Shown here: in pieces, positions 28,578 through 47,553 of the stretch | How positions within the stretch are numbered: position 1 is the first letter of the stretch | Layout: every line of letters starts with the position of its first letter | From: Eledone cirrhosa | Lineage: Eukaryota | Direction of reading: 5' to 3' | NCBI GenBank assembly: GCA_964016885.1 | Contig: CAXHJY010001450.1 | Coordinates: forward strand, 1 to 64,000 | Length of the DNA: 64,000 nt | Program-made: the position numbers and the translations under genes | The notes under the pieces: model-generated | Told to the model about the DNA's origin: nothing | What the model saw: the letters and a program-made list of their open reading frames with translations, nothing else | Databases searched by the model: none

Positions 28578-29245
28578 TATATAACTCATATGAATGATAA
28601 ACCCTTATTTAGGTTCTGATAGTCACTGCTCGTATTAGAATTATTTACAAGCCAAAGGGCCTAGCAACATGCTTTGCGTGGGGCGAAGCAAAACCAAGAT
28701 CATCCAACTGAGTAATATTGAGCCATAATTGTTTTCTATCCGTTACATATGAAGTAAGTGTTTCAAGATAAAATATAGTTTTCAGCAGGTAAAAACTATA
28801 CCAATCATGTTTTAACATGACCATAAATCAAGCTTAAATTTATTTTAGTAATCAAATATTACATGTTTCATTTTTATTTAGTATTTCATCCTAGATTGTG
28901 CTTTGTCGTGATTAATAAAGGTTCCCATGTGAAATAAGCTTAGGTTTCAGTAGAGTAGATATTACTGTTAGCTCCTCGTAAGCATTTAAAAAAAATATTA
29001 CCTTCTAAACTGGAGAGCAACTAATGCATTGGAGCATCTTATAAAGGGTGAAACACAATTTATAAAACACGTGATGTGATTATGTAAAACATTTCTGTAT
29101 GCTAGAGTAGAATTGGGTAAATAACCAGGTAGCAATGATTTTCACGAAAAGTTTGACACAAAATAAATGAAATGTGAATACAACTGTTTTTCTGTGTGTT
29201 TCATTTTATTTTATTTGTTTGAATGGCTAAAATGACCCTTCCTTG

Positions 29246-29576
29246 CTGGGTTGGATTTATCCCTTAGGGCGCCCTGGGCACTTCAGGTTTGGGGGACCCC
29301 TCATACACAAAAAATTATAATACACACTACCCCCCCCCCCCCCATTTTACATATCGAAGTTAGCTTGTCACAAGTAATTGGAATTGTAAAGTTATACATA
29401 CAGATATTAAAATAAAAAAAATTCTGATTATCCTAAAACTAAAAAGCCCAGCTGAGGGTACAAATAAATTTCTACGGCCATCCCTGAGGTGTGGGGGAGC
29501 GGTCTTGTTGGCACCCACTGCAGGGGGCCCGGGGCAATTGCCCTCTTTGCTCCCCCATCCATTAACTCCGGCCTTG
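29246..29576. mobile_element. hAT-type non-autonomous DNA transposon (MITE)
   Basis: Degenerate TIRs CTGGGTTGGATTTA / TTAACTCCGGCCTTG, GC-rich GGGCCC subterminal motifs, 8-bp TSD CTTCCTTG (29238-29245) / CTTCCATG (29577-29584). Confidence 0.75.
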
Positions 29577-30357
29577 CTTCCATGGTTTAACTGCTTTAGT
29601 CTCGAAACAACCTCAAATCAAGTAATTGTCCAACTTCAAAATTTCACCAAGTACGAACCGAAAATATGGAAGTACGATTCTTTAGATCATTCCATTTGTT
29701 TTCGTTTTTTGTAATCTACGGTCAGACATGAAACGAATGACAAGACGTTTAAGAAAAATCATTCCAGCTTTGGATATCATATTCTTTAATTTTTTCCTTC
29801 TTTCTCTCTCGTTCCATAGTACATCTAGTACCACCATAAGGAATGTGTACTTCTTAGACTTTATTTAAAGGTAGTTGTATTTGATGGGAGAGCAAATTCA
29901 GATGATATTTTCCAAAAGCTGACAGCTCCACCAATGCTTCGTTGCTGAATGTGTATCAGTGTGTATCAGTTATGATATAAAATATAATTGCTATTTGGGT
30001 AGAATTCCTAATTTGATATTTGCCTGTACCGACGACAGATACTTTCCCCGAAATCTATTAATTATTAAGAATTTATGTATACAAAATCTTTTTATTTAGT
30101 TAATGGAAATAGCAATTCGATGAGCCTAATTAATTTTCTGCGCGGTATCGAATTAATTACACATTGAATCATACACTAATTAAATAAGAAAGAAGTCTAG
30201 TGGGGATGTCGGTGGATATGCGTAGAGTTTTCTTGCCGGTAATTAATTTGTAAAAATTACACAATAATCACTTCACATATTTTGGCTGATATTACGTTGT
30301 TTACTGTTTAATACCGTTCGTAATAAACACACATTATATATATATATAATGTGTGTC

Positions 30358-30394
<37 letters not shown>

Positions 30395-30410
30395 TGTATG
30401 TCCATGGGTT

Positions 30411-30442
<32 letters not shown>

Positions 30443-31249
30443 GGTATCTGTGTGCGTGTATATATATATATACAGGTGTCTGTGTGCGTGTATATATATA
30501 TATATATAAATATAATGTGTCTGTGAGTGTGTGTATATATATATAGAGAGAGAGATAAGCGATATATATTTTGGGAACCGTTGAGCTATAGGAAGTTTTG
30601 AATTTGTAAGATAGAAGATCAGGGTTTTTGCCTATGAAAAATAGGGTAATAAGTTGGGTATATATAAATCCTGGAGATGGAAACAATTTGTAGACGGCCG
30701 GCGGTGTACCAATTATTCCGTCTCTAGGGTAATATACATCCAACTTATTAATTACATTATTTTTCATAGTAAATATACTTTGATGATTCTCACTTACATA
30801 TTATATATATATATATATATTTATATACTCTATATATATATATATACTGTATTTATTAAAATAACAGATTAAAGTTTAAGCAAACCTTCCGAGCTCCTTT
30901 TACAGGGCTTAGAGAAACTGGAGCACCGCTGCAATAAGTGTGTGAGTGAATCTTAGAGGGGAATATGTTGAATAAAATCATAATTAACTGATCCTCCTGT
31001 ATTTTCTTTTAGCCCAAACCAAGAACTATTTTAGCACCACCTCGTCCTAATCCTGAAAACTTTGAAAAGAATTATGGTTACTACTTTTCCCTTTTTGGCG
31101 AAAGAGTAAAAAAAAAAAAAAAAATAAAGGGGTCTTTTCTTTCATAAAGATAAATCAATTCCACATGCCTACGATATGTTATCAGCCCAAAAGTGATGAA
31201 AGTCAAAAGTGACATCAATGTTACTTAAATCGTATCATAGATTACTTAC

Positions 31250-31500
31250 ACCTTTTTCTATCGACCAATGAAGACAGATCGAGACTCCTTCATCAGCAGT
31301 ACATGGACTGAGGTAGCTGAATATAGTAAACTTTCTTAAACTACAAACTATGATCTTTCAATCGCCTCGACATTCTCGACATTTTTTTCATCATCTGCAA
31401 GTTTTGGCAACCTTGCTTTCCACGCCCAATTCGCTATCTAAGAAAGCTTAAATCAGCTTGGATTATAGGAGTTATCTCCCTCACTTGCTTTCATCGCTTT
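31250..31500 (-). pseudogene. Decayed Tc1/mariner-like transposase N-terminal region
   Basis: ARLPKLADDEKNVENVEAIERS*...SATSVHVLLMKE resembles GRPxxxxxxENVExV...SxxSVxxILxxxL; contains stops. Confidence 0.4.
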
Positions 31501-31909
31501 ACATCCTTTGAGTGAGTGAGTGTGGTCGTGAAATAGTAAAGATGGACTTGGTTGGTTGGAGATTTTTTTTCTCCTTTTAGTGGGGAAACGTTAAAATTTA
31601 TTTTGAAAATAAAAAATACAAACGAAAGATGCAGAACTCCAGGTTCATCGGCCGTTGAGATGAACTTTGACAGTTTCGACTCCAACCAACGGTGCTGCTG
31701 GTCTATCAGGGGTCACAGCGTATGACACAAGCCAGAACGCTGTCCAGTGCAGTAAAAGAGAAAACAAAATAGTAACTTATAGCTATTAAGCTATGACAAG
31801 CACACATGAAGTCATATGTCAACATGTATGGACTTGTTATTTTTATCTAAAAATATTTTTTCCAATTCCAACCCACCCGTCCCCTCAATCTATCTTATTT
31901 CTCATTCTT

Positions 31910-31945
31910 TCTTCTGACGAAGGACTAGCGTCCGAAACGTTAATA
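31910..31945 (+). ncRNA. Minimal hammerhead motif, family HH-D
   Basis: TCTT-CTGACGA-A-GGAC-tagc-GTCC-GAAA-CGTT-AATA; palindromic ACGT stem III, GUU triplet, one stem I mismatch. Confidence 0.75.
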
Positions 31946-32434
31946 CCCTCTTCCTGCTATTTCAAGCGTTAACCTAATATATTCCTTCCATATACTGTAC
32001 AGATTGTGTTGTTATTTCTGTTTCCCTTTTACACACACACACACACACACATTATATATATATATATATATATATATCAGAACTTAAGTACTATTTTGTT
32101 TCCTTGATGCCAGAAGAATGAATGGCAAAGTTCAACTGGGAGATATTTGAATTCAGAAGTGAAAAATCCTAGAATATACGCTATAACAATTTGGCCAACT
32201 CTTAACGATCTTGGCATTATACCACCTTCATATTTTACATTGCTGTTTAGTCAAGGAAGGCAATTACTGCTGATAACCCCCTAGAGTGGGCTTGGGATAG
32301 GGGTCCCTAAACCAGAAATCTCACCCCAGTGCTGGAAATAGAATAAATTCCTTTATAGGCAATACACAACCCCGTTGTATTAAATCTATTCAATAATGTT
32401 TTGTGTTCTTTTCGGTTTTGATGTCATTAAAAAT

Positions 32435-32900
32435 GCTGCTACTGTTATTGATATTGCTGTCGTTGTTGTTGTCGCTGAAGCTACTGTCGTTATTGTTGTT
32501 GTTGTTGCTATTGCTGTTGTTGTTGTTGTTGTCGCTGAAGCTACTGTCGTTGTTGTTGCTGTTGTTGTTGCTATTGTTGTTGTTGTTGTTGTCGCTGAAG
32601 CTACTGTCGTTATTGTTGCTATTGTTGTTGCTATTGCTGTTGTTGCTGTTGTAGTTGTTGTCGCTGAAGCTACTGTGTTATTGTTGCTATTGTTGTTGCT
32701 GTTATTGTTGCTATTGTTGTTGCTTTTGCTGTTGCCATTGTAGTTGTTGTCGCTGAAGCTACTGTGTTATTGCTGCTATTGTTGTTGCTATTGCTGTTGT
32801 TGTTGCCATTGTAGTTGTTGTCGCTGAAGCTACTGTGTTATTGTTGCTATTGTTGTTGCTGCTATTGTTGCTATTGCTGTGGTTGTAGTTGTTTTGTTAT
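32435..32900. repeat. ~60-70-bp minisatellite with core GTCGCTGAAGCTACTGT in a (GTT/GCT/ATT)n matrix
   Basis: Core occurs 6 times. Confidence 0.9.
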
Positions 32901-33164
32901 TACTATTTTGTATTTCATCTATCTTTATGTAGTTATTGTTTCATATACAAGTTGTGGTTATTAGTAGCTGTGTTTTGTTCAGCTGCCCCAACTATCCCCA
33001 GTTTCATTGACTAATTTTCGTCTATTACTTTTTTCTCTCTTTATGAGTTGCACCAGTTCTATAGATTTTTAGTTAAGTACACACAGCCACACATGCACTC
33101 TCCTCTCACCACACCACACCACACCACACCACACCACACCACACCACACATATGTATTTCAAGT

Positions 33165-33183
33165 TTGTGTATGTGTGTGTGTG

Positions 33184-33214
<31 letters not shown>

Positions 33215-33338
33215 ATGTGTGTGTGTGTGTGTGCATATATAAATATATTTATACTTATACATACATATATATATATATATATGGATATACATATATATAA
33301 TATACATATACATGCATATACATATATATAATATACAT

Positions 33339-33371
<33 letters not shown>

Positions 33372-33738
33372 TACACATATATACACATATATATATATAT
33401 ATACATACACATATATACACATATATATATATATATACATACACATATATACATATATATATATATACATACACATATATACATATATATATATATATAC
33501 ATACACATATATACATATATATATATACATACACATATATATATACATACACATATATACATATATATATACATACACATATATATATACATACACATAT
33601 ATACATATATATATACATACATACACATATATACATATATATATACATACACATATATACATATATATACATACACATATATACATATATATATATATAT
33701 ACATACACATATATACATATATATATATATATACATAC

Positions 33739-33769
<31 letters not shown>

Positions 33770-34442
33770 TACACATATATACATATATATATATATATAC
33801 ATACACATATATACATATATATATATATACATACACATATATACATATATATATATATACATACACATATATATACATACACATATATACATATATATAT
33901 ATATACATACACATATATACATATATATATATATACATACACATACATACATATACATATATATACATACATACATATACATACATACATATACATATAT
34001 ATACATACACATACATACACATATATATACATACACATACATACATATACATATATATACATATACATATATACATATATATATATATACATATACATAT
34101 ATACATATATATATATATACATACACATACATACATATACATATATATATACATATACATATATATATACACACACATATATATATATATATACACACAT
34201 ATATATACACACACATATATATACACACACATATATATACACACACATATATATACACACACATATATACACACACACACACATACACATATATACATAC
34301 ACACACATATATATACACACACACATACACATATATACACACACACACATATATACACACACACACATATATACACACACATATACACACACACACATAT
34401 ATATATCCACATATATATACATACACACACACATATATATAT

Positions 34443-34488
<46 letters not shown>
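33165..34488. repeat. (TA)/(CA) compound array (CATACACATATATAC units)
   Basis: Directly visible. Confidence 0.97.
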
Positions 34489-35599
34489 TAGTAGCCGATA
34501 ATATAAATAAATAAAAATCCCCCTGTGATTTTTTAATAGGATTGCTACAGTGCAGTTATAATAGGTATATAAATTATGATGCATTTCTCGCCCCTCCATT
34601 ATAGCCAATCCGGTTTGGTTCATTACAGGTGTTGGAGAAGTTATCATAATTCTAAACATATTTCTAAGTAAATGAGTAAATCAGTAATAAATCTATATTT
34701 ACTGATAAGGATAGAAACTGAAGTAGGAGAAGAAGAAAGACTGTGAACTAGAACTAAGAATCTAATATCAAGTGAACGATTCTACTTTCTAGTTTACGAT
34801 TATTGCTATTATTACTAACATTTCTAACATTGCTGGCCTCACTCACTTCTATCCTGTGTAAGATTTGCTCCTCATACATGGTAAGTTTCTTTGTACTTTT
34901 CTCTATTATATATTTATTCCGTCCCCCACTGTATGTCTCTCATTTCGTCTCTATGTTTACAGATATATATCTGTATGTATCTCATCTAAGTCCTCGGTTG
35001 GTCAAGTTTTAACATGGTTCTATATTTACAAATGGAAACTTCTTCTCTCGAGCGCAGTTTTAACCATCGTCTATCCCTACAGCAAGTCTACTATCTGTTG
35101 TCTTCAGGCCACAGATGTTGAACTTTGTAAAGGCAAGTGTTCATATATTTTAGCGCAAGCATCGTCACAACAGAACTCATATTATAAACGGCTGGACCAT
35201 ATAATGCAATGAACTAATTCACTACCCTGGACTGATATTTCATTTTATCGACGTTGCAAGTATGAATTTCAATGTCAAAGTTTGGTATTGGAGATAAGAA
35301 GAGTAGAAGAATGTCTGACATTACAGGTACAGAGGAGCAAAGCAGCGGGTTTTTATAGCGATTGGGTAAAAAAAATGTCGATACTTTACCCAATTTTCTC
35401 AACTTCTATTTATAGTGAGCATCTATTGTAATAATCGTTTACACTGGGACGACTACTTTTCAAATTTCCACAATTTTTCAATGTTTCTTACGTCAACAGA
35501 TTGACTAATCTTCAAGATTGTTGCCCAATATTTTTATCAACGTACAATCACTTGCACTTGACTTTAAAGCAGAGGCACCATTTTTTAAATCACAAGTGG

Positions 35600-35875
35600 C
35601 AACGGAATGTAACCAACCAGTTGGTTGAGCGATGTTATGGGAGCAGAGATGTCACAGCTATCACCTAACATTTACGATTATGGTCAATCAGATTGTAGGG
35701 CACCCATTGGTCTAGCTTGGTCTTGCACAGATTCCCTATTGCATGCAAGTGATTCAGAATGATAGTTTTCGATGCCCCAATCACTTCGGAGAGCTGACGT
35801 GATGACTGGTGTGAGTCAGCTTCCACCATCTTACGCAGTTGCCCATCATTGAAGTTGGATGAAGGTCCTGTTATT
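35600..35875 (-). pseudogene. Mariner transposase fragment (HTH to WVPHEL linker)
   Basis: GPSSNFNDGQLRKMVEADSHQSSRQLSEVIGASKTIILNHLHAIG...KLDQWVPYNL matches the mariner VEADPRQTTRELA...HLxxIG..KLDKWVPHEL pattern; stop follows. Confidence 0.85.
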
Positions 35876-36399
35876 TTTAAATTCATTTCTAATGAGTTAA
35901 AAATAAATTAACTATATTATGTAGTTAACTATATTATGTAGTTGGAACAATCGTGTTATTTGTACAGTAAAACTTTTATACATTTCTTAATTATTTGTGT
36001 TCTATCTTTTTTGTATACTTGTCCTTAATCACTAAAGAATGCTCATTTTTTAAATCGTTCGTGTTTCTGTATCTTTACACATATTACTGTTTATCTAAAG
36101 ATTGAAAATCTTTATTGCTCAATATTTTAACAATGGCATCGTATTTATTTATTATATCTATGTTAATACATACAACTATGTCCTACATTTTCTGTCTGTC
36201 AAGTGAAGACATTCTATGAACTTAGTTGTAGGAACAGATAAAGGATAGACTGACATACTTTGTAGTTTTTACGTGTATATATATATATATATATACATGT
36301 AAAGGCAAGTGTTCATATATTTTAGCGCAAGCATCGTCACAACAGAACTCATATTATAAATGGCTGGACCATATAATGCCAAAGACTTATAGTCTTTAA

Positions 36400-36590
36400 C
36401 TCAGATCTTTATTATTCAGTTTGGCTTTGGAATGCCTGTCAAACTAATGCTTCTCTTTTCTCCTATCCCTGGTGTAATGTCTATTTTCGACAGAGGTGCT
36501 TTTGTCACAATGCCACTAGCACCAATCACCACTGGGACAATAGTGACTGTCTTCACTTCATTACATTAATGTAAGCTCCGTGTGGCTAAT
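36400..36590 (-). pseudogene. R4/Dong/NeSL-like non-LTR restriction-like endonuclease remnant
   Basis: Minus frame NEVKTVTIVPVVIGASGIVTK matches the VxIVPVVIGALGxV motif. Confidence 0.55.
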
Positions 36591-36604
36591 AAAAAAAACC
36601 ATTA

Positions 36605-36815
36605 GGGCGGTGGATTAGCAGTAATCGGTAGAGCATTGGACATTATGCTTCGTGGTATATAGTTATGGACCTTTACGTTCTGAGTTCAAATCCCGCCGAG
36701 GTTAGATTTTCCTTTCATCTTTACAGGGCCGATAAAATAAAGTAGCAGTAATGCATTGGGGGTCGATTTAATCGACTTTCCCTTCTCCCCAAAACTGTTG
36801 GCCTTGTGCCTAAAT

Positions 36816-36851
<36 letters not shown>

Positions 36852-37372
36852 GGGGGATTATGGTCTGAGTTCAAATCCTTAAAATAAAGTACCAGTAACA
36901 TACTGGGATAATTTCTGGCCTTGTGCCAAATGTAGAAACAATTATTATTATTATGAGGGCGGTGGATTGGCAGTATCGGTAGAGGGTCGGATGCCATGCT
37001 TTGCATCATAGAGTTACAGCCTTTTATGATATCATTTCAAATCCAGCCGAAGTTAACTTTGCTTTTCATCCTTACTGGGTCGATAAAATAAAGTACCAGT
37101 CATGCACTGGGGTCGATTTAATCGACTTTCCCCTCCCCAAAATTACTGGCCTTGTGCCTATATTAGAAATCATTATTTTTGTGGATTGGCAGTATCGGTA
37201 AAGAGTCAGACGCCATGCTTTGACGCAAAGAGTTACAGCCCTTTCCATTCTGAGTTCAAATTCCGCCGAGGTTAACTTTGCCTTTCATCCTTACGGGGTC
37301 GATAAAATAAAGTACCAGTAATGTACTGGGTGTTTGCTGGCCTTGTGCCAAATGTAGAAACAATTATTATTA
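36605..37372 (+). mobile_element. Tandem cluster of four SINE family 1 copies
   Basis: Copies at ~36605-36820, 36860-36950, 36957-37170 and 37180-37372, separated by (ATT)n tails. Confidence 0.9.
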
Positions 37373-37879
37373 TGAGAAAGACAGAATAAGTACGGATAGT
37401 GGTAACTGGATTCTTATTATTTACTCTATCTAATCCGATGTGACACGTTTCTATGTCTGTCCAAATTCTATTTGGGTTTATTTTTGTCTTTTCAATATAT
37501 TCTATAATTAAGGATCCATTTTCCCACTGCCACTTATCTTGTCGATTCTATCTCTGCATTAACATAAGAAGAAGAATTTGAAATCTGAGAGTTAACACAG
37601 TTTCCTATTACTATTATTATTATATCTACCCTTTTTGTTTGCTAGTTTCTCTACAAACGATGACACCAGTTTAAAGTTTAAATATCCATTAACAAATTTG
37701 AGAGAAAACTATCTGATATGATATACATTATAGAGAAAACTTCCGAGATAAATTCTATATTATTATGAAATAAATGCATAAATAAATATTGTTTAGATAA
37801 CTATCTTTCATGAATGGCATTATAGTTATCCTTCAATCGCCATTGCAACTGATATCTAGAGTATATATCATTGGAAAAT

Positions 37880-38200
37880 GTATCTTCTTCTTCGCCTTCT
37901 TCCTCTTCCTCTTTTTCGCCTTCTTCTTCTTCGCCTTCGCCTTCTACTTCTTCGCCGTCTTCTTCTTCTTCTTCTTCTTCGCCTTCTACTTCTTCGCCGT
38001 TTTCTTCTTCTTCTTCAGCTTCTCCATCTTCGCCTTCTCCGCCTCCGCCGTCTTCTTCTTCGTCTTCTTTTTCGCCTTCTCCGCCTTCTTCTTTGCCTTC
38101 TTCTCCGTCTTCTTCGCCTTCTTCTCGTTGCCTTCTCCGCCTTCTTCTCGTTGCCTTCTCCTCCTCCTCCTCCTCCTTCTTCTCCGCCGCCGCCGTCTCC
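37880..38200. repeat. (TTC/GCC/TCC)n trinucleotide array
   Basis: Directly visible. Confidence 0.9.
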
Positions 38201-38643
38201 TACATCTCCTTTATGTCTTCACCTTTATCCCGATTCCTTCTTTCGTTTATACCCCGCTCCCCTCTATTATCTCTTCCTTCGTTCCCTCCTTCTCCTTTAA
38301 TATATTCATTTATTATTTAATCTTTTTTTCTTCTTGTCATAATTTCACCTTTCTTTTTCTTCTTTCCTTTTCGTTTCGTTTATTTTTCCACTTTCTCAAT
38401 TTTTGATGTTATTTTTGTAAATGTTGCATCCAACTTTTTGATATTCAACATGTAGCTGTTAATGTGGCGAAGGGTAGGGTTACTACGGCTGTTAGTGGGG
38501 TGGAGGGTTACTACGTTAGGCACACCAGATAGTTTTATCAACAGTTATAGATATCGTTCAACTTTATACTAAACCATAATCTTGCGGTTATGATTAACTT
38601 TCCATAATGAACCCATAATAACCGCAAGGCAGAGGCCCTTCCG

Positions 38644-38812
38644 TAGGGCCTATGAGAGGGGTGGAGTCCAGCCGGTACTTTGTTCCGGGGCCCAAGAGCT
38701 AAGAAGGCCACATAGCAACCGTGCAATATCCATTTTGAGAAAAATCTTTGCCTGCTTCGGGCCCCCAAAGGGGTCTTGTACCGCCTTGCAAAATTTCTCT
38801 TGGAGGACCTTG
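38644..38812. mobile_element. hAT-type MITE (old)
   Basis: Ends TAGGGCCTATGAGAG / CTCTTGGAGGACCTTG, internal GGGGCCC motifs, degenerate 8-bp TSD CCCTTCCG / CCCTGCCC. Confidence 0.55.
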
Positions 38813-39654
38813 CCCTGCCCTACGAGGCATCCGGATGTACATGCCGAAAAAAGAATAACTACCTAATAAAATGAGCTTGTAACGTAATGTCGATTGTGTA
38901 TGAAGCAGATATTTCCCGTGTGGGTACCAACCAAGCAGAAACAATATGTGGGTATGGTGGAAGATAGAGTCAAGCAAAAATTCTTCTCACATGTTTCGAC
39001 TTTGAAAATCAGTGAAGTCCATTAATGTCGAAATATATGTGGCTATTAAACGATAGATATATGCCCCATGAAATAATGAAAAGGTCACAAAATATACTCA
39101 ACGGATCGAAGAGATATGCGGGTCTACAAATATCTAACTACTTCAACTTCTACAAGTTTTCTAAGTACACGAAAACATAGTGTACAGATGATCGAATTAT
39201 AGTTTGTGTGTGTATGTGTGTACGTGTATGTGCATGTTTATGTGAATATATATATATATATATATGTACATATGTATGTATATATATATGTATATATTTG
39301 TATGTTTATATATGTATATATATGTGTATGTATATATGTGTATGTGTATATATATCTGTGTATATATATATATATATGAATACATATATATCTTTTTATA
39401 TGTATATATATATATGAATACATATATATCTTTTTATATGTATATACCTATGTGTATGTGTGTGTGTCTGTATGTGTGTATGTACATATATTTGATGAAA
39501 TCAAATCTCATTCTAAACATAATTAATATATACATATCCTAATTTCTAGTAACTATACTATATAATTACCGAGTACCTTGTGAATTATTGTTTTTTATAA
39601 TGAAAACCTTAGAATTAGCAATAGATCAATTACTTTCTCTCTCGCTCTCTCTCT

Positions 39655-40855
<1,201 letters not shown>

Positions 40856-41169
40856 CATGTGACCTGACGTCCCTATACCAGAAGGCCAGTGCGATTATAT
40901 ATATTTACTTTCACATTCGACTTTCAAAGGTATTTTTATACTAATATTTTTCTATTTAACTTTTCACTTCGCTTTTAGGTGTGTTCGGTGCACATTCGTG
41001 TTTCAGTCTGCTATTAAGAATGTACAATTATAAATTCCCTTCTCCACTAACCCTACCTTCAACTCACATATTCTGAATTTATCTCTATTTCTTTTGAAAG
41101 TCTGTAGTATGAAATGCAGTTTCCACCTTCACCTCTACTTCGCTATAAAACTAAGATCAATAGATGACC

Positions 41170-41450
41170 TTTCCAGCATTATGAACAGATGTTCTTCGGC
41201 ACTTGAAAACTTTTCGCAAAAATAAGATTATCGCACTCTACAGAATCGGAAACAAAACCTTAATTGCTAAACATATGTATATCGACTAGCTATTCCAGTC
41301 TTCTATCTGTCGTCAGATTTTCGTTTAGACTCCGCCCATGACAGCTTAGAAGACCGACAATCCTCTGTTATCTCTACGGCATGTTTCGTTCCCCCCTCTG
41401 TCAACGAACTTTTAAAACAATTACTTTTAACACCACAGCCACATAACCAC
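41170..41450 (+). pseudogene. Possible heavily decayed LINE RT C-terminal region
   Basis: ...AIPVFYL...SLEDRQSSVISTACFVPPSVNELL loosely resembles LExxQxxxIRxAxxVP; frameshifted. Confidence 0.3.
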
Positions 41451-41961
41451 AATATACTTTAATCATTCATCACCGACGCGACACGACCCCACGTTTCTCA
41501 TAAACTTTCACGTTTCAAACTTTATATACAACAAACCCTTAAACCTTTTCCCACCTCTAGACTGTTAGCTACTTTCGATCAATGAAACATTTAACCGTAT
41601 CCTAATCTTGACTCAACACCTCAAATACCACCCAACCAACACCACTGCTACCACAAAAGTAATAAAAAAGAAACATCAATGAGAACAAAACAAAAACAAC
41701 AGCAATAACTTCACATAACCAGTAACTATTAAAACATATTAAGGCTTAAGTATTCAGTTTAAAACATTTCTACTAAATATTCCAGTAAAAGAATTTGTAG
41801 AAAAATATTCCTTATACCCTGGTATTGATTTCTTAAACATTGTTTTACAGGTGAGGGATATAGCAGATTTAATAAACACCTGTGGATACGTATTTTATCG
41901 ATCCTGAAGAACGAAAAGGTAAGGAAATTTCAGGTTGTATTCGAATAAATACCGCAACTAA

Positions 41962-42149
41962 ATAATTGTTTCTACTTTTGGCACAAGGCCAGCAATTACC
42001 CAGTGAATTACTGGTACTTCATATTATCGACCACGTAAGGATGAAAGGCAAACATAACCTCGGCGGGATTTGAACTCAGAATAGAAAGGGCCGTAACAAT
42101 ATGCGTCAAAGCATGGCATCCAACCCTCTACCGATACTGCCAATCCACG
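41962..42149 (-). mobile_element. SINE family 1 copy
   Basis: Reverse complement of the full consensus. Confidence 0.9.
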
Positions 42150-42630
42150 CAATTAAATAATGTAGCATTTTCTCTAATTGTTTTATTAAATGTGAGGGAC
42201 TGGGTGCCTGTGGTAGGAAATTAGGGAGATATCAACAAACTGGAGATTCGGTCCAATTGCTTGCAATATTGTGGACGTCACTAAAGGCAGACACCCACAG
42301 GTGGTGTTAAAACTTCCATCAAACCGGGGCTATAACAGAGTTTAATATAAACCTTTTATATCAATCTCGAAAGCCACTGAGTAGATTCTAGCAGAGGCAC
42401 CTGAGAATCTGGCGGTTATATTAGAATTGGTGATTAATTCCATCATCCAAGAACAGGTGCCATCGTACAGCGGTTCCAACGAGGCACCGCACATAATTCA
42501 CTTCGCAAATTGGATTCATCACAAGCCATAATCTGAGCAGACGCCATGTTAAATGACACTTGCCCAGCGTGCCGCTTATTTTAATTGAACGTATAAACCA
42601 CATTGCCATATCTTTGTGTGTATATATATA

Positions 42631-42730
42631 CAAGGTGTCCAAAAAAATGTATAAACACATCAACAGTATTCTAATAAATATTCCCTATACAGGTAATCAT
42701 AATATTTATACATTTTTGGAGGACATTCTG
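42631..42730. mobile_element. ~100-bp Tc1/mariner-type MITE
   Basis: TIRs CAAGGTGTCCAAAAAAATGTATAAA / TTTATACATTTTTGGAGGACATTCTG, in TA context. Confidence 0.65.
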
Positions 42731-42791
42731 TGTATATATATAGAGAGAGATAGAGATAGATAGGTAGGTAAGTATGTATATATATATAGGT

Positions 42792-42858
<67 letters not shown>

Positions 42859-43896
42859 TAGATAGGTAGGTATATATATATATATATATATATATAAAAC
42901 CATATTTTTAGTTATCGGATTTTAAAGTACAACCCTCTGGTAGTTAAATACATTAATGAGAGTAGGCAGTGAGTCAGATAGGCGTGGTTTGCTACACAAA
43001 TATTGATGGATTATAGTGACTATTCGATTGGATGTTAAATGAGCCAAATGAGTCACCCAACGACTTTTCATTTGATCATAGTAGTTGGTCCCCTGACGTC
43101 ATAAACTAGAACCATCTCTCCTTGTGTTTTTACTGTAGATTATGTCTGGGACTTATTGTCAATAATGGGATAAATAATAATATCAACTCAACGAAAAGTT
43201 GGATGAACAGACAGAATTAGGTTTTTTTATCGCTCGATAGACGCAATCAGTTCTAATCGATTCGTCCTTATGACTCAATTTAAACCAATATGCAACTGCC
43301 AAAATACATTATAGTCTAGTCTAGGTTTTAAAAAGTCAACCTAAATTATATTAGTTCTCTTATTGACAACGAAGATTTCTATAGACTTAAATATTATGCA
43401 TCTTCTTCAGTTTAGTACTTAGAATTTATGATTTCTGCAATAATGTTATTAGGGAAATATATCTCAAAGAATAGACATCGATGGAATATAACTGGTTACG
43501 TGTATATAAATTTGACAGAAAGATCATTTCTTAACATTTTTATTTTATTACCTTAACTGGTGTCATTGTTTGGTTTAATGTTATTATCCTTATTACTGAT
43601 AGATATTTGTTTGTTTTCTTCTTACTTCTGTTATTGATAATGTCCTTCTTGATAATGTAACTGCGAACTTTGAAATAATAACTGGATGTTAACTAACTTT
43701 CATTGGTGTCCAAAGTGAAGATCCTGCAACATCAACTAATTAAATCTACAAACAGACAATGGTTTGCAGATCTCTCGCCCATAACATGTATACTTATAAG
43801 TTAAAAGAGACGACATATATTCCTTTTCTTTTTATAGACTTGACTATTTCTATTTTTGGTGAGGTGAATATTTCTCCTGTAATAGAGATATTAAAT

Positions 43897-47550
<3,654 letters not shown>

Positions 47551-47553
47551 TAT

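Noticed and set aside
31250-31740. Two apparent minus-strand exons (YLSPCTADEGVSICLHWSIEKG with GTAAGT donor; DQQHRWLESKLSKF...)
   Set aside because: An alternative frame resembles a decayed mariner-type transposase and the upstream piece has a poor donor; cannot be supported without RNA data.
37810-38406. Phe/Ser/Leu-rich ORFs
   Set aside because: (TTC)n-derived low complexity; no evidence of coding.
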